Assembly: GCA_963977015.1 (NCBI GenBank)
Contig: CAXBMO010000017.1
Location: 80,719-144,718, forward strand
Direction of reading: 5' to 3'
Origin: an uncultured bacterium
Lineage (GTDB): Bacteria; Verrucomicrobiota; Verrucomicrobiia; Verrucomicrobiales; DEV007
Length of the DNA stretch: 64,000 bases
In this document: one piece after another, positions 54,501 to 63,400 of the stretch
Position numbering within the stretch: the first letter of the stretch is position 1
How the letters are laid out: each line of letters begins with the position of its first letter
The notes under the pieces: model-generated
Told to the model about the DNA's origin: nothing
Seen by the model: only the letters and a program-made list of their open reading frames with translations
Database searches by the model: none
Position numbers and translations under genes: made by a program

Positions 54501-56425
54501 CAAGCGGTGCGGCGGGAAGTATTGACCTGGACACTGCAATCGTCTCCGTCAGCAACGGTGGCCGCATCAGTGCGACAACTTCCGGTTCTGGCCAGGGAGG
54601 AAGCGTCACCGTCAAGAGCCGGAACATCGATGTTGGTAGCGGCGGTCAGATCACCGCAGAGACGACCGGCTCCGGAAACGCGGGAACGCTCGGCGTGAGC
54701 GCCGACAGCTTGACGGTGCACGGTCAGGGAAACATCAGCGCGACCACCACCGGTTCAGGAAAAGGCGGTAGTGTTAGCATCAAGAGCCAATCCGTTGAGG
54801 TCAGCGATCGCGGACAAATCACGGCGGAAACGACCGGCTCAGGAAATGCTGGAACCCTCACCGTCACCGCTACCAATCTCGAGGTGCACAGCTCCGGAGA
54901 AATCAGCGCCACCACTTCCGGGAGCGGACGCGGCGGAGGCGTTTCCGTGAATAGCAATTCGATTGCGGTGAACACCAATGGCCGAATCGCGGCGGAATCC
55001 ACCGGGCGCGGCAATGCCGGAACCCTGCAGGTCAATGCTAACACCCTGCAGGTTCTCAACGGCGGAGAGATCAGCGCAACGACAACATCCAGCGGTCAAG
55101 GAGGATCGGTGATCGTCAAGACAACGGGCAATACCAGCCTCGCCAACGGCGGAAGAATCGAGGCCGAGACGCGCGGCTCTGGCAATGCCGGGAGCGTCGA
55201 TTTAATTGCCCAGAACCTCTTCCTCAACAGTGGATCCAAAGTCAGCGCAACAACCTTTGGTTCCGGCAACAGCGGGAACGTTACGGCAACGGGGCGCAAT
55301 CGCGTTCAAATCAACGGAGGCGCCGGAATCGAAGCGGTTTCCCAGGGAACCGGGAACGCCGGGAGCATCGCGCTCAATGCCCATCGCATCACCATGAGCG
55401 GCGGTGGAAACGTCAGTGCGACGACGCTGCAAAGTGGTCAGGGCGGCAGCGTCCAGGTTGGGGCGAATCTCATTTCAATGACCGGAAGCGGCAGTGGTAT
55501 TTTTGCGCAAACCACAGGCTCCGGGCGCGCGGGAAATATTGACGTGCGATCCACCACCGATCTGAACCTGCATAGCGGAGCTTCCATCAGCGGCACGACC
55601 TCCAGTTCCGGTCGCGCGGGAGACATCAAAGCCACCGCTTACGACGTCAACATCAACGGCAATGGCTCCGGCATTTTCGCGGAATCCACCGGGTCCGGCA
55701 ACGCCGGTTCGATCGATCTCAACGCCACCGGCGCCAACACGCTTCGTCTCTCCAACAACGGCACGATCAGCTCCCGCAGCTCGGGCAAGGGCAACGCCGG
55801 CAGCATCGACATCGATTCCGCCGGGCTCATCATCCTCAACAGCGGCAGCTCGATCAACGTGGAGTCGCTGCTTACCAACGCGGGTAGCATCTTTCTCGAC
55901 GGCGGCAGCGACCTCATCCTCGACAGCAGCTCCATCACGGCACGGGCCGGTCAAAACGCGGGAAATATCGAAATTCGCGTGCCCGACACCATCCGGCTCG
56001 ACAACAGCGCGATCATCGCCGAGGCCGGCAGCGATGGCGGCAACATCATCATCGACGACGCCCGCTTCCTCCTTCTTAACAACAGCACCCTCAGCGCCAA
56101 CGCGATTCTCGGCACTGGCGGCTTCATCCAGATTGGCACCGATGTTCTCTTTCAGAACAACAGCGACATCACCGCCTCCTCCGAATTCGGCGCCGACGGC
56201 GAAGTGCGAATCGATGCGCTCAGCGACCTCAGCGCGGCACAAGCCGCCCTCGACGCGGCCTTGCTGGATGCCAGCAACGACCTGCAGGAGCGCTGTGCCG
56301 TCAAACTCCCGGGTCAGCGCAACAGCTTCATCCTCGTCGGTCGCGGCGGGCTTCCCGTCATGCCCGGACGCTTTCTGCCGGGGCATCAACTTTTGAAGCT
56401 GCCCAGCAAAGCACCCAATCCGTGA
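48581..56425 (+). CDS. TpsA exoprotein 1 (filamentous haemagglutinin N-terminal TPS domain, beta-helix repeats)
   Basis: Signal peptide; NLFHSFEKF..RVTGG..NPNG TPS domain; many G(N/D)(A/G)GxIxI repeats; C-terminal SFILVGRGGLP. Probable ATG at 48581. Confidence 0.93.
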   Translation: MMTLRLPACLLALISISVTGALAQNIQFDGSLGADGSNGKNGASLDGPSYQIDKLDGQLEGTNLFHSFEKFGLISGETATFESTGVSNILTRVTGGDASSIDGGIVAGANLFFMNPNGVMFGPNSSLNVSGAFTATTADRLNFQGGGTFAATASALPATVTGDVTSFGFLGPDSLITLDGVNWGAASADSVHLLGGSLEITDSAIAPNSGRVNLVAAPSGATATLAPLDHASIPVIDLAIPESASITLNGATGSQVSSQSGGKIVIRGGKLTVEGGSSISSTDFATGWGGDIDIHVSGSAIVNGAITSTANSGNGGGKIDIKTNGGVSVTGGRIASTTGPGSTGPGGAINLNAGGDIALRADGAAPAVLETATSSATQPAGPISVFAGGNLAVMGATVSSTSSAGTSADITLNALGNLEMGSVPAASGTAVVPANIFSRSGGLGDGGAITLTGNHIALRSGSHLAATGPTGGRISLSAANGARISQGALLDSGGQTGGAISVNGGSGDVHVAGNLRSVGSDGNGGDIRIQTSANLELAPTARLDASGTLAGGQVFVGGGRKGSDPNLINARNVTVAPGALITANGASGDGGTVILWADGAMDFQGSVVNTGFTAGGFAEVSGLESLNFAGHVDTGGGELLLDPYNYTIGETEATNIENALALNDVTIETSANIASYGSSGSDLGDGSIIVLAPISYISQRILGFNAAKDITFSANIESRGGLNIEAGGKVSVETNVSLSTAREGAPADFDVAPITIQANEVEVAEGGIIDLTAGGAFDGDAFGDGRTGNAGDLLIETSKLTLNGSIFTRTNTLGGAGNVTVNLLEGTTGITPSATISSTGLIDTKTRAFSTGDAGDISILGGRGNVTLRGNVELNSLSSGAGGDLVVNVDSFHLDGSRVRTSSTSLSQDGAPAGNVDITAKTVTIDNGGGISTQVTSGAAGDILLQTNNLTIDNGEILSTTLNYVSQAEAGDISISGITGLGSQANLVTLKNGGKISATTDTDGDGGLISIETLTLDLQESSEVSSKTQGFQGNAGMIEITADTSTIHGTISTSAIDNPEDPNIQIISEGGNAGEIHFRDGVSLTVGPTGRIESKTDTNGNAAPITITAEAVTVEAGGVISTESTGINTLSAGNASNVNITADTELIVNGQISSTTAAEGNAGTITLTIGELEVDTFEEATGNGQIVSESTGNRRSTNAGDAGSISITADSAMILGKVSTETATVGLAGNIDITTNAPTDGPGDPVDFSRATLLVGNGGQILSQSTNVSMAGKAGNIVIQSGMAQIDGTVSTTTDTEGNAGNIDLHTDFLYVSDSGSVISTSTGTGVIDGSTAGNAGQIRIAESIYGIEILDTIGTWTAANQVTIEGEVSTRTNAQGNAGTIGINAFNLDIEGTVNANTFGSGVAGSVIISTDTMNVGDSTTGGTGRVESYTSGAGPGGDVIVFGRILNLTNSSTWFAADAYGENTGHAGEINITATENLHLSNGAQIFSTSIGSGAAGEVYIQANNFTLTGQNSLVSTATTGSGKAGDIVVSTNNLTLNSGTFIESNTFNEGRLAGIPSGEGTGDAGTIKITGFNPLDPRETDPGGFATASVTLNADSEISTGTKGKGNAGSITIQTLALDLQGEILSTSEGNSSGIDRSAGETAGQAGTIRIGQSLVDGAISDTIGSWIPATTVSIDGGLISTATNAEGEAGNIGISANMLDLSDSTSEISSSSTGSVANLTSYGDAGLVFINAGTANVEGSVNTKTQASGSAGDITFNAANLTISQTGKVESNTTTTSSGTAGNITVNAGIGSVNGAIDSRSDGTGDAGIVNFSGGRLTIAGDGFVTSQTSGSGDAGAVNVIGNQIILCDNAYATSQTSGSGQAGIVTIQTDDLTLKDGAFLTTLTSGSGNAGTIALDIDNLTLEGTSSITSTTSGSGDAGSLRLNLNTLTLRDGGSVSATSSGSGKGGNVEISANEIVVDGGVIEAQATSSGAAGSIDLDTAIVSVSNGGRISATTSGSGQGGSVTVKSRNIDVGSGGQITAETTGSGNAGTLGVSADSLTVHGQGNISATTTGSGKGGSVSIKSQSVEVSDRGQITAETTGSGNAGTLTVTATNLEVHSSGEISATTSGSGRGGGVSVNSNSIAVNTNGRIAAESTGRGNAGTLQVNANTLQVLNGGEISATTTSSGQGGSVIVKTTGNTSLANGGRIEAETRGSGNAGSVDLIAQNLFLNSGSKVSATTFGSGNSGNVTATGRNRVQINGGAGIEAVSQGTGNAGSIALNAHRITMSGGGNVSATTLQSGQGGSVQVGANLISMTGSGSGIFAQTTGSGRAGNIDVRSTTDLNLHSGASISGTTSSSGRAGDIKATAYDVNINGNGSGIFAESTGSGNAGSIDLNATGANTLRLSNNGTISSRSSGKGNAGSIDIDSAGLIILNSGSSINVESLLTNAGSIFLDGGSDLILDSSSITARAGQNAGNIEIRVPDTIRLDNSAIIAEAGSDGGNIIIDDARFLLLNNSTLSANAILGTGGFIQIGTDVLFQNNSDITASSEFGADGEVRIDALSDLSAAQAALDAALLDASNDLQERCAVKLPGQRNSFILVGRGGLPVMPGRFLPGHQLLKLPSKAPNP
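54560..55140 (+). repeat. Intragenic tandem repeat, 168-bp (56 aa; 2 x 28 aa) period
   Basis: QITAETTGSGNAGTL at 54647 and 54815 (168 bp apart), alternating with ISATTxGSGxGG units. Confidence 0.8.
55790..56045 (+). repeat. Direct repeat shared with 63745-64000 (TpsA1 vs TpsA3)
   Basis: 256 bp ungapped; 14 mismatches by manual count; one amino-acid change. Confidence 0.92.
56150..56396 (+). repeat. Direct repeat shared with 60117-60363 (TpsA1 vs TpsA2 3' ends)
   Basis: Ungapped alignment at offset 3967 with mostly third-position differences, e.g. cagcgcaacagcttcatcctcgtcggtcgcgg is identical. Confidence 0.9.
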
Positions 56426-56516
56426 TCAACGCTTCCGCATAAAGTTTCCGATGCATGTAGCAATCCGACCCAAGGGAGACAATGAATCGCAACTACCATC
56501 GGCCGTGTTCCAACCT

Positions 56517-59500
56517 ATGAACCTGAAACTTTACCCTCTGACCATCATCCTCGTAGTTCTCTTTTTGGGTGGAGACCTCACCTTCGCTCAAACCATCAAG
56601 TTTGATGGCTCCCTGGGAGACGTTGGATCCAATGGAAAAAACGGCGCTACATTGGCCGGTCCAAACTACCAAATAGAACAAGCGGACGGTCAGCTGGTAG
56701 GCACCAATTTGTTTCAAAGCTTCGAGTCATTCGGGCTCGCAACCGGCGAGGCCGCCGACTTCAATGGATCCAACGGGATTCTCAACATTCTCGCCCGGGT
56801 TACCGGTGGAACTCGATCCGACATCGACGGGACGCTTCGATCAAACATCCCCAACGCGAATCTCTTCGTTGTGAATCCTGCGGGCATCTTCTTTGGTCCA
56901 AATGCCAGTCTCGACGTTACCGGTGCATTCACCGCGACCACGGCGAACCAGATCAACCTTTCCGATTCCGAGACGTTTGAAGCTGTTGTTGGCGATCTAA
57001 CGCTGAGCAGTGCCCCGGTTGCCTCTTTCGGATTTACCCAAGCAACGCCGTCCTCCATTCAGGTAAACGGCACTTCTCTGGAATTAGGGAGCAATCAAAC
57101 ATTGTCGCTTATCGGAGGTGCCGTGGAGCTAACATCAACTTCATTCATCTCGACGAAAGGAGGCGCTATCAACATCATCGCTGGTGGGTCTCCGGGAACC
57201 GCGATCGTAGACGTCACCAACCCGCTTTCACCAGTTGATTCCTCCGGATTCGCAGCAATGGGCCCTATCACGATCGACTCCTCGACCATCGACTCGAACG
57301 ATTCGCCTCTGACAGCAACCTCCGGCCGCATCGTCATTCAAGGAGGCGAATTGACCATGCCTCACGGGAGGATCTTTTCAGAGACGGTTTCCGGCGACGG
57401 CGGCGGCATCGAAATTGCCGTTGGCGGGACGATGAATCTGACCAGCGGAGCCCAGATTATCGGCGGAACGAGAGGCTCAGGCACAGGGGGGGCGATCACA
57501 ATCGACGCCGGCGATTTGATCGTCAAAGGCGAGGGCGTTGCATCCAGCGAGATCGTCAACCGAACCCAGGGAACCGGATCTGGAGGAGCGGTGACCATTC
57601 GAGCGGAGAGTGTAAGCCTTTCGGGGACTCCTGGATTCAGCTCGGGACGAATCGTCGCAGATACTACGTTTGGAGGAGGAAACGCGGGCTCAATCACCAT
57701 TGAAGCCACCACACTCAACGCATTCAACAGCGGCTTTGTTTTGTCTGATTCCAAGGGAACCGGGAATGCGGGAAACATTGTGCTCAATGTTGCAAACGTG
57801 AACCTTTCCAATGGTGGAGTTGTGAGTACCACCGCATTCAATGAAGGGGACGCCGGCTCGATCACGCTCAACAGCAAGAACGTCTCGCTGGTCAATGGCG
57901 GCGTCATCTTTAGTGAGTCGATTCCAAGCGCGACCACCAATCCGGGTGGTGATGCTGGCAATATATCCATTCATGCGACGGGCAGTATGGAAGTGAAAGG
58001 CTTACGGTCCCTGATCGGAACAGGAACTTCGGTAGCCAACGGAGGCCTGGGAGGAAGCCTCTCCATCCAAGCCGGAAGCCTCCTTGTAACCGACGGTGCA
58101 AAAATATCCGCGGAAACCACGAACCCCAGCGACGCCGGCACTGTTAGCGTTAAGGTCGACTCGCTTTCGGTAACCAATTCGGCGGAAATCACCACCGCAA
58201 CCGGTGGAGCCGGAAGCGCAGGTAGTGTCACCATCGAATCCAAAACGTTGAATCTCGACTCGACCGGCCGAATCACGTCGAACACCCAGGTCGTCAATAC
58301 CGCTGGCACAACGTTAAATGGGGCAGGAAACGCGGGAACGGTAACCGTTGGCGCTGACAACGCGACCGTTTCCGGCCTCATCACCTCGAGCACGAGTGGT
58401 GCCGGAGCCGCTGGTGACGTCAACTTCTCCGCCAAACGCTTGAACCTTGCCGGCGGGCGGATCAGTTCCGAAGCGTTGGCCGGATCAACCGGGAATGCCG
58501 GTAAGGTAAACCTGGATGTTGGTGTCATTGACCTTTCGGGAGGTGGCACCATCACGTCCCAGACTTCCGGTGCAGGCGATGCCGGTTCTCTAGAGTTTGA
58601 CGTCGGAACCCTGACCCTTGAGAAGGGCGGCGTTACGACCGAGACTTTTGGCAGTGGCAATGCAGGAAGCATCACGATTCGGGGAGATACCCTGAACCTG
58701 ACCGGAACGGCCAAACTCACTTCCAGCACATCAGCCAGCGGAAGAGCCGGTAGCATCCTCATCGACCTTATCAACTTGTCCGTTCTTGAAGACGCGTTGA
58801 TCACCACGGAAACCAGTGGAAGTGGTGATGCAGGCAGCATCGTCATGAACCTGACGCAACTTGATGTGCTCAACGGAGGACGAATTTCTTCCCAATCCAG
58901 TAGTTCCGGTGAAGCCGGACTCATCTCCCTCAACGCGGTGAAGGCGAATCTCGCGGATGGAACCATCACCACCCAAACCAGCGGAAAGGGAAATGCGGGA
59001 AGCGTCACGGTGCAGGCTAGAAACCTTGCCGTCGCCCATGGCGGAACCATTTCATCGGGAACCAGTTCGAGCGGGCGTGGGGGCCAGATCGACGTCTCGG
59101 CGCTACACCTCAACGTCAAAGGCGGCACCATCACCACGGAAACAAGCGGGACGGGAGATGCTGGAGAAGTTTCCGTCTCGGCAAGCAAGAGCATCGTCGT
59201 ACGTCAGGATGGAACGATCGACTCGCTCAGCGAATCCACTGGTGACGCCGGAAGTGTCGTGGTCGGCGCGGAATTCTTGCGGGTTTCCACTCGCGGCAAG
59301 ATCAGCACCGAGGCTCGAGGTTTGGGCAACGCCGGCAGCATTGAGGTTACCGCAGATGAACTAACCGTGGAGTTAGCCGGCGGCATCACGGCGACAACCT
59401 TGCAAAGTGGTCGCGGAGGCAGCATTTCCGTCGATGCCGTTGATATCGAAGTTAAAACTGATGGAAAGATTGAAGCACGCACCACGGGCTTGGGACGAGC

Positions 59501-60383
59501 CGGAGACATCTCGATTGATGCAACCAATCTGGCGATCAAATATGGCGGTGAAGTTACCGCTGCCAGTTCGGGAACCGGAAGGGGTGGAGACATTGGGATC
59601 ACAGCAAAAGACGTCCTCATCAAGGACAGCGACTCAGGCATCTTTGCCGAATCCAGCGCCGATGGTGATGGCGGCGAGATCCGGCTCCACGTAACCGGCG
59701 AAAACACGCTGAGAATGCAAAACGGTGCACAGATCAGCTCTCGAGCTACCGGCCTTGGCGAAGCAGGGAAGATCGATATCGATTCCGCAGGACTCATCAC
59801 ACTCACGGGCGACAGCATCATTTCTGTTGAATCTTTGCGAACCAACGCGGGCGACATTGTCATCGATTCGGGGAGCAGTGTCCTCCTCACCGATAGCTCG
59901 ATCACCGCGCGCGCAGAAATCGATGGAGGGAACATCGCGGTTAGTGCTCCGGATTTCATTTGGTTAACCAAAAGCGACATCATTGCTGAAGCGGGCAACG
60001 ATGGAGGCAACGTCTTCATTCGCGACGCGAGGTTCGTTCTTCTTGATGATAGTCGCATTTCCGGAAATGCCGTTTTTGGGGATGGCGGGTTCATTCAAGT
60101 CAACTCTGAGGTGCTGTTTCAAAACAACAGCGAGATCACCGCTTCGTCTGAATTCGGCGCCGATGGCGAAGTTCGAATCGATGCCCTCAGCGACCTCAGC
60201 GCAGCTCAAGCAACCCTCGACGCCGCCTTGCTGGATTCCAGCAACAACCTTCAGGAGCGCTGCACCATCAAACTTCCCGGCCAGCGCAACAGCTTCATCC
60301 TCGTCGGTCGCGGTGGACTTCCCGTCATGCCCGGACGCTTTTTACCGGGACTCCAGCTTTTGATGCTTAAGCAATCGGAGTGA
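56517..60383 (+). CDS. TpsA exoprotein 2
   Basis: Signal peptide; NLFQSFESF..RVTGG..NPAGIFFG; same repeat type and C-terminal motif. Probable ATG at 56517. Confidence 0.93.
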   Translation: MNLKLYPLTIILVVLFLGGDLTFAQTIKFDGSLGDVGSNGKNGATLAGPNYQIEQADGQLVGTNLFQSFESFGLATGEAADFNGSNGILNILARVTGGTRSDIDGTLRSNIPNANLFVVNPAGIFFGPNASLDVTGAFTATTANQINLSDSETFEAVVGDLTLSSAPVASFGFTQATPSSIQVNGTSLELGSNQTLSLIGGAVELTSTSFISTKGGAINIIAGGSPGTAIVDVTNPLSPVDSSGFAAMGPITIDSSTIDSNDSPLTATSGRIVIQGGELTMPHGRIFSETVSGDGGGIEIAVGGTMNLTSGAQIIGGTRGSGTGGAITIDAGDLIVKGEGVASSEIVNRTQGTGSGGAVTIRAESVSLSGTPGFSSGRIVADTTFGGGNAGSITIEATTLNAFNSGFVLSDSKGTGNAGNIVLNVANVNLSNGGVVSTTAFNEGDAGSITLNSKNVSLVNGGVIFSESIPSATTNPGGDAGNISIHATGSMEVKGLRSLIGTGTSVANGGLGGSLSIQAGSLLVTDGAKISAETTNPSDAGTVSVKVDSLSVTNSAEITTATGGAGSAGSVTIESKTLNLDSTGRITSNTQVVNTAGTTLNGAGNAGTVTVGADNATVSGLITSSTSGAGAAGDVNFSAKRLNLAGGRISSEALAGSTGNAGKVNLDVGVIDLSGGGTITSQTSGAGDAGSLEFDVGTLTLEKGGVTTETFGSGNAGSITIRGDTLNLTGTAKLTSSTSASGRAGSILIDLINLSVLEDALITTETSGSGDAGSIVMNLTQLDVLNGGRISSQSSSSGEAGLISLNAVKANLADGTITTQTSGKGNAGSVTVQARNLAVAHGGTISSGTSSSGRGGQIDVSALHLNVKGGTITTETSGTGDAGEVSVSASKSIVVRQDGTIDSLSESTGDAGSVVVGAEFLRVSTRGKISTEARGLGNAGSIEVTADELTVELAGGITATTLQSGRGGSISVDAVDIEVKTDGKIEARTTGLGRAGDISIDATNLAIKYGGEVTAASSGTGRGGDIGITAKDVLIKDSDSGIFAESSADGDGGEIRLHVTGENTLRMQNGAQISSRATGLGEAGKIDIDSAGLITLTGDSIISVESLRTNAGDIVIDSGSSVLLTDSSITARAEIDGGNIAVSAPDFIWLTKSDIIAEAGNDGGNVFIRDARFVLLDDSRISGNAVFGDGGFIQVNSEVLFQNNSEITASSEFGADGEVRIDALSDLSAAQATLDAALLDSSNNLQERCTIKLPGQRNSFILVGRGGLPVMPGRFLPGLQLLMLKQSE

Positions 60384-60468
60384 ACTCATCTCGTCCGGAA
60401 GCGTTTCCAAATTCAACTTTTCATTCCCACCGAATCCTGTCATTACAAAGATTGGTTTTCCCGGTTTC

Positions 60469-63400
60469 ATGATTCTTGAAAAGTTCATTCCCAATAATTG
60501 GCACGGTTCAATCCTCCTCGCCGGGGCGCTCTTCGGCCTGGTGACCGCGTCAGTTACGGCCCAGAATCAGAACATCAAGTTTGATGGTTCCCTCGGCACC
60601 GCTGGATCCAACGGGAAAAATGCAGCCCTCCTGAATGGCCCGAACTACGCCATCCAAATCGAGGACGGCCAATTGGAGAGCTCCAACCTGTTTCATAGCT
60701 TCGAAGCGTTTGCCCTAACCATGGGGGAAACCGCAACCTTTGAGTCAACCGGAATCACCAACATCCTCACACGAGTCACCGGTGGAGCCGCCTCTTCGAT
60801 TGATGGCGGAATCACCGCCAATGCGAACCTCTTTTTTATGAACCCCAACGGGGTGATGTTCGGGCCGAATTCCAGCCTGAATGTCTCTGGAGCGTTCACG
60901 GTAACCACAGCAGATCGAATCAATCTCGATCCCGCCGCTGGAGGTGGCGTTTTCGCCGTTTCCAAAGCCGGGGATGCGACCTTGAGTTCTGCACCTATCG
61001 CATCGTTTGGATTCCTGACCGCGCCGTCTGGCGTACGCGGAGCCGTGAGCCTGGAAGGAGCAAACCTGTCCTCGTCTTCCTTCCACGTGATCAGCGGGGA
61101 CGTTACGTTACAGGATGACGCCCAAATCTCGAGCGTCGATGGACCGGCAAGCATCATTTCTGTCGGCCCGGGAGCCGGTACGGTTGACCTGTCTCAAATC
61201 GGTTCCGCGACGGGCCCGACTTTTGAAGGCGTCGATGCCTTGGCCGCAAAATTTGGCTCGCTCGGAAACATCACGGTAACATCGGATTCTTCGATCGAAT
61301 CGACAAACGTTTTCGCCCCGGGTGCGCCCCAAAAAATCGTCATCCGCAGTGGTCAGCTCCAAGTTCTGAACGGAGGCAGCTTGTTCGCGTTGGGAGTGGA
61401 CAGCATCCCGGAAGAAGGCAGCATCGATGTCGGAACCCAGAGCCTTGTCAATGTCGACAGCATGGGCGGAGGGTTCACCAATCTCGCTGCAAATGGGGAT
61501 TTAAAAATCAAGACGAGCAGCCTCCGTGTTGCCAATGGGGGCTCCGTCGCCACCAACGCCTTTCGAATTTCTCTGGCCGGAATCACAACTCTCACCGAAG
61601 GCGGAAACATCTCCATTCAAGCTGATGATATCGACGTTTCAGGTGGATTTGTTGAGGCTGTGACGCGTTTCAGCACCGATGCCGGGAGTATTTCCATTCA
61701 GTCGGACAACTTGACGGTCCAGAACGATGGAATCATCCGGACGAGTACTTCCGATGAAGGGAACGCAGGTTCCATCGCCATTAACGCAGGCAATGTTCAT
61801 TTGGCGGCCAACGGACACATTCGATCCGACAGCGATGACAGCGGCTCAGGAGGATTGATCTCCATCGCTGCTTCAAACCTCGCCCTCCGGGAAAGCGCCA
61901 TCGCAGCCAATTCGACCGGCAGCGGAGACGGTGGAACCATTCAAATCAAGGCCGGAGCCATCGACCTGAAAGACAGCACCATTAACTCCAACGCCGCCAA
62001 TCTTGGACTTGGCGGCACGGTCACGGTTGAGGCAAAGGATCTCCAGATGACGGACAGCTTCATCGCTGCGTTCACGTTTGGTCAGAAGGATGCCGGCAAC
62101 GTCGCGGTCAAAGCTGACAATCTGCAGATCTCCGGCGGGGAAATCACAACATCGACCATCAACAGTGGTGATGCCGGAAGCATCGTGATTGAGGCGGAAA
62201 ACCTGAATGTCACCAATTCCGGCCTTATCCTTTCCAGCACGGGGGGCGCTGGAGATGCCGGCTCAATTCGTATCGACGCCGGCAGCATGATCGTCTCCGG
62301 CTCAGGATCCGTCAGTTCCGCAACCTACGCCGGAGGCAATGCTGGTAGCGTCACCGTCACCGCGGATTCTCTGGATCTCAGGGATCAGGGGGCAATTTCC
62401 ACTTCGACCGGAGGAACGGGCAATGCTGGCCGTATTGTGGTCGATGCCGATGTTCTTCGGGTTCGAAAGGGAGGGTTCATCGCCTCTGACACGCAATTTT
62501 TTGACCCGGTAATCGGCACACAGGTGGGTACGGGCTCTGCAGGAAGCGTGCAAATCCAAGCTGATTCCGCAATCATTCAAGGACAGGTCAGCACGAGCAC
62601 ATCAGGCCCGGGAAACGCGGGATTGGTTGATTTTGAAGCGGTCAATCTGACGGTAGACGCGGGCATCATCGCTTCGATAACAGCCGGGACCGGAAACGGT
62701 GGCACCATTTCCATCACGACGGATTCCCTCAACGCGATCAACGGTGGCGTCGTCAACGCAGACACCTTTTTCAGCGGGCAGGGTGGCGACATCAACGTCG
62801 TTGCCAACCAGATCAAGGTGGACGGTGCCAACAAAGCGCTCGGCATCACCAGCGGAATTGAAGCTTCTGCCTTTGGACGCGGAGACGCAGGCACCATCAC
62901 TGTCGATACCGGCGTTTTAGAGGTAACCAACGGCGCCTTTCTCCGGGTGGAAACGTTGGGCGAGGGACGCGCCGGCGACATCAACATCGACGCGACTCGA
63001 ATCCGGGTAGATGGCGTGAATCTCGACCTCGGAGTAGCCACCAACGGCCCTGCCAACGACGCCCCCAGCGTCATTTCCGTGCAGACCTTCGGCAAGGGCG
63101 AAGGGGGAAGCATCCGTATCAAAACGCGCGATCTGGAGGTCACCAACGGCTCCGTCATTACCGCCACCACTTTTACCGAGGCGGATGGTGGCGATATTAC
63201 GATCAACGCCAAATCGGTGAAGGTGGAAGGAGTGGACAAGGTGTTTCAAGACGTCAGTGCCATTGGGGCCGGGTCCATCACCACAGGTGCTGCAGGTCAA
63301 ATTCTCATTGCGACCGATACCCTGGAGGTTCTCAAGGGCGGCGTGGTTCGGGCATCCTCGGTGGACGGCCCGGCGGGAAGCATCAACGTCCGGGCTGACG

